From Sedimentisphaeraceae bacterium JB056 (GTDB lineage Bacteria; Planctomycetota; Phycisphaerae; Sedimentisphaerales; Sedimentisphaeraceae), in assembly GCA_044440125.1 (NCBI GenBank), contig JBITAJ010000021.1, positions 64,001 through 128,000 of the forward strand: DNA of 64,000 bases, written 5' to 3'. A program made the position numbers and the translations under genes. Shown one piece after another: positions 10,053 to 19,882 of this stretch. Under the pieces are notes generated by a model, which had not been told where the DNA came from, did not search any database, and saw only the letters and a list, made by a program, of their open reading frames with translations. Position 1 is the stretch's first letter; each line of letters opens with the position of its first letter.

Positions 10053-12794
10053 TTAAAGACCGAGATCGTACTCACGTAAATCTTCAAGATCTTCAATACT
10101 CAATGCACCACTGTTATCAGTCTTGCTTGAGAATACACGAATTTCATCCATATCGGCATTCACGTAAGTATCTGTACCGTTATAGGTTGTTCCGCCAAGA
10201 ATGAATCTCGTACAGTCAGCAGTATTTGCCAGAGTCAATCCTGTTATAGCATTTCCTGCAGTTACAGCATTAGTCTCATCACCAAAATAGAATCTTATAC
10301 TGCTGTCATCACGAACTATCGCGAAGAATACCCAATCACCATTGCTGTAGCCTTCATTCCATCCGGCATACCGCCATGTATTATCGACAGTATCAATTAC
10401 CTGAAGTCTACCATCACCTCTCCATTTTACATTAATACCTCCGCCCCATGAACGAAGTAGATAGCTTTCACTTCCATTCTGACTCGCATCCCGTGTGTTT
10501 ATCCAACCGGTTACAGTATAAGCCTGTACCTGACTAAATGCATTCATGGTACTGCCGGTCCAGTTTATAGTCATGGTACTCAGACCTGTTTTAGTAGAAT
10601 CAGATGCATAAAAAGCATCTCCACTAATACCGTCAGTCGTTATTTCAGGCCATGCAGTAGGAGTGCTGTTACCCACATAGATAGGAGCCTCACTATTTGC
10701 AGCATTAAGCCACGCAGGATTATCTATACTGCCAAGACCGTATGAACCATTGTCATTTTCAAAAGGCAGATATATAAGTGCATTGGCAGGATCATATGGA
10801 AGCATTTCAAACGGAGTCTTACTGTCAAGCCATTGATCTGCGATATCACTGTAATCACCAAGGTCAACACTGTCATCTTTATTTATATCCGCCTGCTTCT
10901 TCACATACGCCACTGCATCATTTTTACGTATATTCTCAAGCTCATCTACGCTCAACGCTGCGCTGCTGTCTGTATCGCTTGCATAAAGTCTTAACTCATC
11001 AATGATGGCACCAAAATTAGCAACAGCATCATTTTCCAGATATGACACATTACCAATTACAAGTGGATTGCCCGCTGGTGCCGCCATGATTTCATCAAGC
11101 GGGAATTGTACCTGTGTATGCAGTGTTACAGGCTGATTAATTGTACCGCGATACCATTTTATCCTTCCAACTGACGCATCACTCTGATCAAGAAGCATAT
11201 CAATAGTACAGGCAAAGAATACCCACTGGTCTGTCTCAGGATACATCCATGGTGAATATATCATATTGCCAGAATATTCATCATCATCATTAGGAGTAAA
11301 ACCTATTTCCCCGAAAAAGCCTGCTGCTGGCTGTGTTCTTCTATTAGCGAAGAAACTAAGCTCACCCATAGCATGCAGTAAGTGTGCAGGAGACTCTTCC
11401 TCTGCAACCTCAATAGCACCTGCCTGACTATGTTTCCACCAACAGGTAAATGTAAGCGAAAGCGGCCAGTCAAGTGCCTGCTGCATTGCAGTATCTGTCA
11501 ATTGCGAATCCGTATTACCATAAACAAGCATTGAACCAAGTGAATTAAAACCACGCTCACTAAGATCAAGTGCGCCGCCCTTTACGGCATCATCTGTTAC
11601 CGCAAAGCTTATACCATCAGGATACTCAGCATAGTTAGGATCACTAACAGGTATTCGCATTATCATTGAAGGAAGCTCACCTGTTCCCGCAATGCCCTGA
11701 TTGGCAAACGCAGGATCGTTCTCGTCGTAAGGCACGCCGTCTGTTCCATCAAAAGTAAGATGAATTGCAGGCTCTGGCATTGCCGGAGGGGCATTATCAA
11801 GCCATTGCGCCGCAAGTATAGCAAGATCACCACTGCCAACTTCATAATCCTGATTAATATCAGAAGTAAAATATATCTGGCTGTCATCTGCTGCTGTTAT
11901 GCCAAGGTCTATCTGTCTGTAAAGTTCCAAATCATTGAGCCCCAAAGCACCACTGCCGTCATCATACTCTGAGAAAACCCTGATATTATCCAGCATACCC
12001 TTAAAAGCTGACTGACCATGAGTAGAACCTACCCCATAATTACCAACAATAAAGTATTGCCCTAAAGTCCATGTTATCGCACCGCGTACTGTACCGGTAG
12101 AACCTTCAGAAACTTGAGTTACAACTGAATCTGAAGTACCAACATAGAATTTCATATTATTACCTTCAGAGACACTGCCGTCATATGTTATCGCAAAATA
12201 TGTCCAGTTGCCTTTATGGTCTGCCTGACTGTAAGATCCCCAGTCTGAATAAACCCATGATGCCCCATTACCTATATAGATACCAAAGCGTCCTGAATTA
12301 CATAATACCTGCACTTGACCATATTTATTAAACATTCTCTCGCCAAGTTGATCCCCCGAACCTATAGCAGTCTGATCATCAACAGTCTTAAACCAGCCTG
12401 AAATAGTAAAAGACATTGCATTATCAAACGCATCCTCCGCAGGTGTATTGGAGAACCATGCATCTGCCGTATTGGGAAGATTGCCATAGTAAACAGTACC
12501 AAGCTGCTTGGCTGATGCAGCGGTAAGATCCATACAGTCACTACCATCAACACCGCTGCCAACAGCAATTACCGGCATCATGCCGGGAACATTGGAATTT
12601 GTACCGAGTCTTCCTTTTTCAGCATACCACATCTGATCATAAAGCCCCGGGGCCCTGTTAATCCAAGCCGGATCATACTGATCATAGTAACCGTCTGTCC
12701 CTTCAAACGGCAAATAAATCTTTGGATAAGGCACTGCAAAACTGCTCGCAGCAAAAATAACTAACAAAAATAATAAGCCTAAGATTCTCTTCAT
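10053..12794 (-). CDS. Secreted triple LamG/concanavalin-like domain protein with two half-dockerin-like linkers
   Basis: Signal peptide; three repeats of I(Y/H)LxF...F(T/S)xxxW...WxxFA...DxxRxx; SDINQDYEVGSGDLAILAAQW and ADINKDDSVDLGDYSDIADQW. Confidence 0.75.
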   Translation of the reverse strand: MKRILGLLFLLVIFAASSFAVPYPKIYLPFEGTDGYYDQYDPAWINRAPGLYDQMWYAEKGRLGTNSNVPGMMPVIAVGSGVDGSDCMDLTAASAKQLGTVYYGNLPNTADAWFSNTPAEDAFDNAMSFTISGWFKTVDDQTAIGSGDQLGERMFNKYGQVQVLCNSGRFGIYIGNGASWVYSDWGSYSQADHKGNWTYFAITYDGSVSEGNNMKFYVGTSDSVVTQVSEGSTGTVRGAITWTLGQYFIVGNYGVGSTHGQSAFKGMLDNIRVFSEYDDGSGALGLNDLELYRQIDLGITAADDSQIYFTSDINQDYEVGSGDLAILAAQWLDNAPPAMPEPAIHLTFDGTDGVPYDENDPAFANQGIAGTGELPSMIMRIPVSDPNYAEYPDGISFAVTDDAVKGGALDLSERGFNSLGSMLVYGNTDSQLTDTAMQQALDWPLSLTFTCWWKHSQAGAIEVAEEESPAHLLHAMGELSFFANRRTQPAAGFFGEIGFTPNDDDEYSGNMIYSPWMYPETDQWVFFACTIDMLLDQSDASVGRIKWYRGTINQPVTLHTQVQFPLDEIMAAPAGNPLVIGNVSYLENDAVANFGAIIDELRLYASDTDSSAALSVDELENIRKNDAVAYVKKQADINKDDSVDLGDYSDIADQWLDSKTPFEMLPYDPANALIYLPFENDNGSYGLGSIDNPAWLNAANSEAPIYVGNSTPTAWPEITTDGISGDAFYASDSTKTGLSTMTINWTGSTMNAFSQVQAYTVTGWINTRDASQNGSESYLLRSWGGGINVKWRGDGRLQVIDTVDNTWRYAGWNEGYSNGDWVFFAIVRDDSSIRFYFGDETNAVTAGNAITGLTLANTADCTRFILGGTTYNGTDTYVNADMDEIRVFSSKTDNSGALSIEDLEDLREYDLGL

Positions 12795-12934
12795 TTGAGA
12801 TGCCTCCGATAAATTAGATTAAAATTAGATTTAACAAATACTATATTGATAATATCAATTTTCGTAAATTTAACCAAGTTAATACAATCGTATTATCTGG
12901 ACTTTTTTTTGGATAATATAGCCACTAAAACCAA

Positions 12935-13900
12935 TTAAGACAGAGCAAGAGCATCGAATCTTCGTGCATGCGTATCACCTGTAGTGTTGCCCGGATTCAC
13001 TTCTCGATACTTTGTCGGCGAACAGTTGAACACCTTCTTAAACTGCCTGCAAAAATACGACACATCCGGCATTCCCACCTCATAAGCAACCGTCTTAACC
13101 GGCTTATCGGTATCAGTAAGCAGATTTTCAGCAAGGAATAGCCGCATTTGAAGGAGCTTATCAATTATAGTAGTGCCGGTAATTTCTTTGTAATGTCTCG
13201 TTATAGAACGCTTACTCTTGCAAACGAATCTAGCTATCATATCAAGGTTGATATCATTGGTGTAATTATCCGCCAAATACTTATTAATCAGTATGACTAT
13301 CTGGTCTTCTCTTGGGTCGGGCTTCTCCTCAGGCTGTTCGTTAAGCTCAGGACGTGTAGAATTGACAAGCCTGGCAAAAGAGATTACAAGCTCCTTCATA
13401 TAGCATTCCAGTATATAATTAAGCCCCGGTCTTGCTCCTGATATCTCTTCAATTATCTTCAACACAATAGACTGCAACCGATTAGAATCGGAAATAAACT
13501 CCTCAATCTCAAAAAGTCTTGAAAAAGCCATGTCAATCGGCGCAGGTCTGCTGCTTGAATCTTCCCTGACTTTCAACTCAAAAGATACTACATACATATA
13601 GAGATCATCCGCCTCTGTCTGCCATGAATGCTCAAAATTAGGCGGTGTTATAAGCATATCCCCTGCCTTAAATTCACGGCTGCCCTTGTATGTAACAATC
13701 TCGCCATGTCCGTTAAATATGATATGCGCTTCAAAATAGCTGTGCGAATGCCACGGGCTGCTCTTAAAATCTGGCAAATGAAAATGTACATCAAGTATAT
13801 TAACTTGATAATTGCCAAGCTCAAAAAAACACGCAATCTCCGGCAACTGCCTCAAGAGCTTATTTTGCAATTTTATCTGTTTTTCGTTGAATTTTGCCAT
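12935..13900 (-). CDS. AraC family transcriptional regulator with N-terminal cupin domain
   Basis: WHSHSYFEAH cupin; VAYEVGMPDVSYFCRQFKKVFNCSPTKYR HTH. Confidence 0.92.
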   Translation of the reverse strand: MAKFNEKQIKLQNKLLRQLPEIACFFELGNYQVNILDVHFHLPDFKSSPWHSHSYFEAHIIFNGHGEIVTYKGSREFKAGDMLITPPNFEHSWQTEADDLYMYVVSFELKVREDSSSRPAPIDMAFSRLFEIEEFISDSNRLQSIVLKIIEEISGARPGLNYILECYMKELVISFARLVNSTRPELNEQPEEKPDPREDQIVILINKYLADNYTNDINLDMIARFVCKSKRSITRHYKEITGTTIIDKLLQMRLFLAENLLTDTDKPVKTVAYEVGMPDVSYFCRQFKKVFNCSPTKYREVNPGNTTGDTHARRFDALALS

Positions 13901-14128
13901 TTTGTTAACTCCATCATCCCAAAAAGATAATTAAACTTTCAACAAAGGTACTGGTTACTACTGCTAATCGCCGATATCTATATACTACCATATCACATTT
14001 GTATTAAAATGCCAAAAGATATTACTATAACGCCAAGTTGTTGGACTATAAAGACAACGCTATTGCAAACAAACTTAAATATTGCAATAATAACCCTGTA
14101 TAAACGATATTGAGCATAACTATATAAC

Positions 14129-16165
14129 ATGAAAAGGACAATCTCAATGACACAGCTTAAATTTGAAAAACTGCAGATTCCCGTAGCAGACTTTGGATAC
14201 GAAGGCAGCCCACTTCCGCCTCTCTCACAACTCAAAAGTGTTCCATGGCCTGTAGAGGTCGGCGATGATGTATTTGAGGAAGACAGAAAATATATAAATT
14301 ACGGCTGCCAAACGCCACTTTTGCCGTATATGCTGCAAGATAGATACAGTAGAAAACGAAAAATGGCAACTTTCGAAATACTTGTGCTTGAAAATGAATA
14401 TATCAAGGCTTCATTCCTACCGCAACTTGGCGGCAGACTCTGGTCACTGATATATAAGCCTAAAAACCGTGAGCTTTTATACGTAAACCCTGTTTTTCAG
14501 CCCGCAAACCTCGCTTATCGTAATGCCTGGTTCAGCGGCGGAGTAGAATGGAATATGGCAATGCCCGCACACAACCCGTTTACCTGCGACAAGCCGTTTT
14601 TTGCCGTAATAGACAATAAAAATTGCCCTGTCCTGAGAATGTACGAATGGGAAAGAATCCGCAATGCTCCTTTTCAGGTAGACTTTTATATACCGAAAAA
14701 CAGCCGTTTTCTCCACGTACGGACAAAACTTATAAACCCGCACAATCATGAAATCCCCGGCTACTGGTTCTCAAATATTGCAGTTCCAGAAAATCTTAGA
14801 CACAGGGTTATAGCTCCCTCTGATATAGCTTACACATTTGATTACAGTCCAACAAGATTTGGTGTCAAAACGGCAAAAATACCTATAAACAATGAAACAG
14901 ACATAACTTACCCAACCAATCTTGACATAGCCAACGACTTTTTCTATAGGCTCAACAACAATCAATGGCCATGGATTACATCACTTGATGAAAACGGCAG
15001 CGGCCTGATTCAGGCATCAACCTCAAAGTTAAAAGGACGAAAACTCTTCGTATGGGGTACGAATGAAGGAGGCAGAAGATGGCAAGACTTTCTCACAAAA
15101 CCGGGTAACCCATATGTGGAAATCCAAGCGGGATTTGGACGTACACAAGTAGAATGCAGACCATTAAAACCACAAAGCTCAACACAATGGCTTGAAATTT
15201 ACGGCTACATCGAAACAGATCCAAGCATAATCCACGGCAAAGATTGGAATATGGCTGTCAGTGAAGTGGAAAAAAATCTCAAAAAAGCCATAACATTTGA
15301 AGAATTAGAACAGGAATTGGCAAATACAGAAGAGATTTCAAAACAGAAGCCTGCAAATATTATTCAAAAAGGCAGCGGCTGGGGCAATCTTGAGCTCAAA
15401 GCAGATGCCGAAATCATCCAAACGGTGCAAGAATTGTCCGGTCTATCTTTCTGCGATGAAAATAACGAAGAAAAATACAAAATATGGGAAAATCTGCTCA
15501 ACAATGGGGTTTTTGCCGAGCAATCACCTCTTGAACTTACCCCTTCCTACCAAACCGGCGAAAAATGGCTTGTTCTTCTCGAAAACTCAATCGCAGAAGG
15601 TAAAAACGAAAACTGGACAGCCTATTACCATCTTGGCGTAATGTATTATGTAAAATCCCAGAAAGAAAAGTCCATTCAAGCATTGAAAAAATCCTACCAA
15701 CTTAGACCTAACCACTGGTCTTACAGGATATTAGCAAATATAGAATTTGAATCAAACAATGCGTCACAAGCATTGAACTATATGGACAAAGGCTGGCAGC
15801 TCTGCGACCAAATGCCCGAATTTGCCGAAGAGTATGCCGCAATGCTTGTAAAATCGAAAAGCTTTGAGAAACTCTGTAAATTACTCGATTCATTACCTGA
15901 AAATGTCAAAAATCGTCCGAGAATGCAGATAGCTGCCGCTCAATCTGCTTTCAACTCAAGAAAATTCGATAGAGTCGAAGATATACTTAGTAAAATAGAA
16001 CTTATCAATATCAGAGAATGTGAAACAACCCTTACCGATATATGGTTTGAGGTTCAGGCAATTAAACGAGCTGACCAGTTAAATCGCAAGGTTGACGATA
16101 AGATAAGAGAATATGTTCAAAAAAATCTGAAACCGCCTAAGAATATTGATTTCAGAATGAATTAA
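14129..16165 (+). CDS. DUF5107-type domain protein with C-terminal TPR repeats
   Basis: LENEYIKASFLPQLGGRLWS, RNAWFSGGVEWN, GRKLFVWG, YVEIQAG; helical TPR-like C-terminus. Confidence 0.75.
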   Translation: MKRTISMTQLKFEKLQIPVADFGYEGSPLPPLSQLKSVPWPVEVGDDVFEEDRKYINYGCQTPLLPYMLQDRYSRKRKMATFEILVLENEYIKASFLPQLGGRLWSLIYKPKNRELLYVNPVFQPANLAYRNAWFSGGVEWNMAMPAHNPFTCDKPFFAVIDNKNCPVLRMYEWERIRNAPFQVDFYIPKNSRFLHVRTKLINPHNHEIPGYWFSNIAVPENLRHRVIAPSDIAYTFDYSPTRFGVKTAKIPINNETDITYPTNLDIANDFFYRLNNNQWPWITSLDENGSGLIQASTSKLKGRKLFVWGTNEGGRRWQDFLTKPGNPYVEIQAGFGRTQVECRPLKPQSSTQWLEIYGYIETDPSIIHGKDWNMAVSEVEKNLKKAITFEELEQELANTEEISKQKPANIIQKGSGWGNLELKADAEIIQTVQELSGLSFCDENNEEKYKIWENLLNNGVFAEQSPLELTPSYQTGEKWLVLLENSIAEGKNENWTAYYHLGVMYYVKSQKEKSIQALKKSYQLRPNHWSYRILANIEFESNNASQALNYMDKGWQLCDQMPEFAEEYAAMLVKSKSFEKLCKLLDSLPENVKNRPRMQIAAAQSAFNSRKFDRVEDILSKIELINIRECETTLTDIWFEVQAIKRADQLNRKVDDKIREYVQKNLKPPKNIDFRMN

Positions 16166-16318
16166 ATCGTTGGCTCAAAGTTGCGTTTCGCTACAATATC
16201 TGCGTATACTTACTGATTTTGAAGATGAATCCCTAAACGGCAAACAATATCTCATCCATGATAGATATATTATACAGTGACAAAGTCATGCACATCGTCT
16301 AATCAACTTAAATCTCAA

Positions 16319-19300
16319 TTATAGGTCTTTCAAAAAATCATCGAATTCAAGCATCGTTTTTGCCGTATAGGTTGCGCAGTTAACCCAGAAATCCCTCTCT
16401 AACGTTATAAGATAAGTCTTGTAACTGCCATCATTGTAGGTTTTCTGTGCATATACAATAGTATCAGCCAAATCCTTAGCCTTGTTCAGATAAATCTCCT
16501 CGCCGGTTGCCTTATACGCCTGCACAAATGCAGATATTGTTTTGGCCGATGAAGCATTGACCGGCTGCCAGAAAAGATATTGCTCACAGACACAGGGAAA
16601 CAGCCAATTATCCGGTGAATAGGATTCTGCTGGCCAATAGGATTCGGTACGTTCAGGAATTTGCGGCGGGTCAGACCAGACAATAAACTGATCCTCTACA
16701 AACCTTAAAAGCTCTTTAGCCTGCTCAATCTTTTCAGGATCATCAGCATAATTCTTAAACAAATATCTCGCAAAAGCTACAGCCTGCCCATGCGAAAGAT
16801 TTTTATAGGCATCAGTCGGTACGCTATCCTCAAACTGATTTTGCCAATTTAAGTTCTTCATGGGATTATCAAATGTCCACTGAATGGCCTTGTCAACAAC
16901 AGACTGTAAATCTTTCCTGCCGTATTTATCAATAAATATCTCAAGGTATTCAACAACATCCTGCGGGTTGATATAATTATCATAAACAGGCTCCCCCGTT
17001 TTCACATTAACCATCAGATACCACGAGCCATTATCAAGTTGCAAACGCTTAAAACCATCAGCAATTTTTTCGGCGGCGATGAAATACTTATCCTCACCAG
17101 TAATCTTGAACAATTTCAGATACGCCCGCCCTGCTTCAGCACCATACATAGGCATAGCATTATCTTCACTCATATGCCCTCTGGTTTCCATTTTGTCATA
17201 AGTTGGCGGAAAATCAGCAAGTGCATAACCATTGGGGAAATGGCGTGAAAGTAAATAATCGCCTGCCTTTATGCCAATTTCCAACACCTCATCAGCATCT
17301 TTGGGCTTAGGTTCAAGAGAATAATACATTGCTGCTCCATCAACAACGGCACTTATAATCTTTGCCGCATACTGATAACCTACTACCGGATCATAATAAT
17401 CCGGGTCCGGCTGGTCGTGATCAAGCCAATAGCGAATATAATCCAACTCAAAGAGTTTTTGCAGAGCCTCTCTCGCACTTTCTCCATAATCATAATTTTC
17501 ATCCCTGTAGTTACCGGTATACTCTGCTGCTTTATGAAAAATTCTCTCACCGCTAACACCGACAACTTCTCCATCGTCGTCAATACCAACAACTTTTAGC
17601 GACACCTCGCCAGTTACAATATCCTCCCATATTGGACTCAAAGAAGCATCCGGCCTTTTAGCTGTAAAACGATGCACTTGTTTTGTGCTGGAAGTGACAG
17701 CAAACACATATTCACTTGCTCCGTCAACAAAACCAAACTCAAATGAAGGAGCATAAGTAAACGTAAAAGAGTGGTTATTCCAAAACGGTTGCTCATCAAT
17801 TTTACCCGGACGCACCGCTTCTGTAACAGCATAGGACTTATGCTGAGGCTTGCTAAAAGTAATCACAGGCTCAAACCTATCGGCAAACGGACAACTGATA
17901 GTCTCCTTATAGCCGTTAGCCCAACTAATAGTAACGATTGCGGAGTTATCTTCTTTACGTAAAAACTGAACATCCGGCGAGACTACATCACTTTCAAGCG
18001 GTAATAAAATCGATATAAATTTCGGATTATCAATTTCTGAAGCATTAACTCTTAAACGCGGGTAAGATACCGGCTTTCTGTTATCACCCGGCTCATAAAT
18101 ATCGACAGCAATAGTCTTACCGGCAACAGTATCAACATAAAGTTCAAGTCGAGGCGAATCAGCTTTTGTCTCAACCGGTCTGAGGGTTATCATATTTTCC
18201 TGCGTAGAAAACTCAATATTAGGCCATGTTATCATCTGCCATGTATAATCTGTCTTATCTTCAAAAGAGGTGACATCATCAAACATCACAACATAAGCAG
18301 GCCGCTGACCGCTTTTCTTGACAAATAGCGAATGGCGGTAAACATGTTTGGCTAAATCCTTTTCAAGAGAATTTTTATCACCATCTCCAACATCCTTCCA
18401 CCACTGACTTGATTCATGGCTGTCAACAGCTATCGTTTTATTATAAGCTTCAGTCGAATCTGTAAGACAATAACCATAAGACTTATGATCGTACCATCGA
18501 ACCATATTACCGTTTGTTCCTAATGCGGCTCCTGAGAGCATTTGTCCCTTGCCATTAATTAGAATACAGTTGTGACCATCAGTTTGCGAGCGTCCTTGCG
18601 GCTCTCTGTTATTGCCGTAACCGGGATCAGGAGCCCACCTATAGCCTAATCCGTAGAGTGTAAAATGCCCCTTATCAGCCTGATTATGGGTTACTGCATA
18701 ATAAGGACCCGCTTCCATACTGAACATAATATCTTCTTTTTCCCAACCTGTTCGCCAAATCGCAAGACCTCTCTGGGGAAAAAACTGCCCTTTCTTTATA
18801 CCTAACTGTTCGGGTGAAAGCGGCTTTACATCCTTGCTCCATACAAGCCGCTGCGGAACATATCCTGGCGTACCACGAGGATAAGTATAATCACGGCTAA
18901 ACTTATTATCACAGGCATTTTCACGCAACCACGCCATAAGAGAACTGTCAAACACCTCATTATACATAGTTGCAACAACATAACCTACCCCACCATAGTG
19001 GGCATCATTTCTGGCATCAAATTCACCTTCTCCGGGAATCAAGCTCATGGCAAGAAAATTAGGTAAGTTATTAATGCCGCTATCGGCAAAAATATCCTCC
19101 CCTGTAATACGTTTAAGGGCTATGCCATAACGCAGAGCATTGGTAAAACCAAATGCATAATATTGCGTACCCTCAACCTGTCCGCCGTTACGATCGAAAG
19201 CATTGCGAAACCATGCCTTCAACGCCTCATTGCAACGTGCAATCCAAATTTGAGACTCATCAGGATATTCATTTCGCAATTTCAAAGCAATCAGACCGGC

Positions 19301-19855
19301 AGCTCCTATATCAACACCTATCCAGTTGTGATAAGGATACCACCATGTATCTTCTGAAAAAACTATTCGTGATTTATGACGTGCAAAATTAGCCGCCGCA
19401 TCCGTAATAAGCTTTTTCTGCTGCTCACTCATGTAATCACCGCACCAGTCAAGTCCCATCGCATAAGCACGGTGCGGCACCATTTGCTCAGCAGATACAT
19501 CTTGTTTGATCGCAGCTTTTTCAAGCAGATCTACCGCAACTTCAGCATACTTAGTCTCACCGGTAATCAATGATGCAAAGCCCAGTATCTCAACACGTGA
19601 ATGAATCATCCTGTCGTACCAGCCGCTGCGATGCCACTGCTCTATAAACTTGTCAACATCAAGATATGCTTTTGAATCAGGGTCAAGATAGTTATTGGCG
19701 ACTTCAATATCCTTTTCCCAAACGTAAGCATATTCAGGAGTTTTAATTCGCTCCCTAATAGCAGGAATATCTTCATACCCAAAAAACAATTCAGGCTCAC
19801 CCAAACACCTTAAAGCACACAAACAAATTACAGATAACTGTATAATTTTTTTCAT
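16319..19855 (-). CDS. Heparinase II/III-like polysaccharide lyase fused to a second (alpha/alpha)-barrel-like domain
   Basis: Signal peptide; PELFF, PYHNW, EGTQY, RTGW, HNQADKGHF, HNCILINGKGQ; C-terminal ~500 aa helical domain (YKATGEEIYLNKAKDLAD). Confidence 0.7.
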   Translation of the reverse strand: MKKIIQLSVICLCALRCLGEPELFFGYEDIPAIRERIKTPEYAYVWEKDIEVANNYLDPDSKAYLDVDKFIEQWHRSGWYDRMIHSRVEILGFASLITGETKYAEVAVDLLEKAAIKQDVSAEQMVPHRAYAMGLDWCGDYMSEQQKKLITDAAANFARHKSRIVFSEDTWWYPYHNWIGVDIGAAGLIALKLRNEYPDESQIWIARCNEALKAWFRNAFDRNGGQVEGTQYYAFGFTNALRYGIALKRITGEDIFADSGINNLPNFLAMSLIPGEGEFDARNDAHYGGVGYVVATMYNEVFDSSLMAWLRENACDNKFSRDYTYPRGTPGYVPQRLVWSKDVKPLSPEQLGIKKGQFFPQRGLAIWRTGWEKEDIMFSMEAGPYYAVTHNQADKGHFTLYGLGYRWAPDPGYGNNREPQGRSQTDGHNCILINGKGQMLSGAALGTNGNMVRWYDHKSYGYCLTDSTEAYNKTIAVDSHESSQWWKDVGDGDKNSLEKDLAKHVYRHSLFVKKSGQRPAYVVMFDDVTSFEDKTDYTWQMITWPNIEFSTQENMITLRPVETKADSPRLELYVDTVAGKTIAVDIYEPGDNRKPVSYPRLRVNASEIDNPKFISILLPLESDVVSPDVQFLRKEDNSAIVTISWANGYKETISCPFADRFEPVITFSKPQHKSYAVTEAVRPGKIDEQPFWNNHSFTFTYAPSFEFGFVDGASEYVFAVTSSTKQVHRFTAKRPDASLSPIWEDIVTGEVSLKVVGIDDDGEVVGVSGERIFHKAAEYTGNYRDENYDYGESAREALQKLFELDYIRYWLDHDQPDPDYYDPVVGYQYAAKIISAVVDGAAMYYSLEPKPKDADEVLEIGIKAGDYLLSRHFPNGYALADFPPTYDKMETRGHMSEDNAMPMYGAEAGRAYLKLFKITGEDKYFIAAEKIADGFKRLQLDNGSWYLMVNVKTGEPVYDNYINPQDVVEYLEIFIDKYGRKDLQSVVDKAIQWTFDNPMKNLNWQNQFEDSVPTDAYKNLSHGQAVAFARYLFKNYADDPEKIEQAKELLRFVEDQFIVWSDPPQIPERTESYWPAESYSPDNWLFPCVCEQYLFWQPVNASSAKTISAFVQAYKATGEEIYLNKAKDLADTIVYAQKTYNDGSYKTYLITLERDFWVNCATYTAKTMLEFDDFLKDL

Positions 19856-19882
19856 AATATTCCTCTAAAATCAATATCTATC

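Noticed and set aside
12811..12831. AAATTAGATT direct repeat upstream of the LamG gene as an AraC site
   Set aside because: Lies very close to the RBS in AT-rich sequence, with insufficient support
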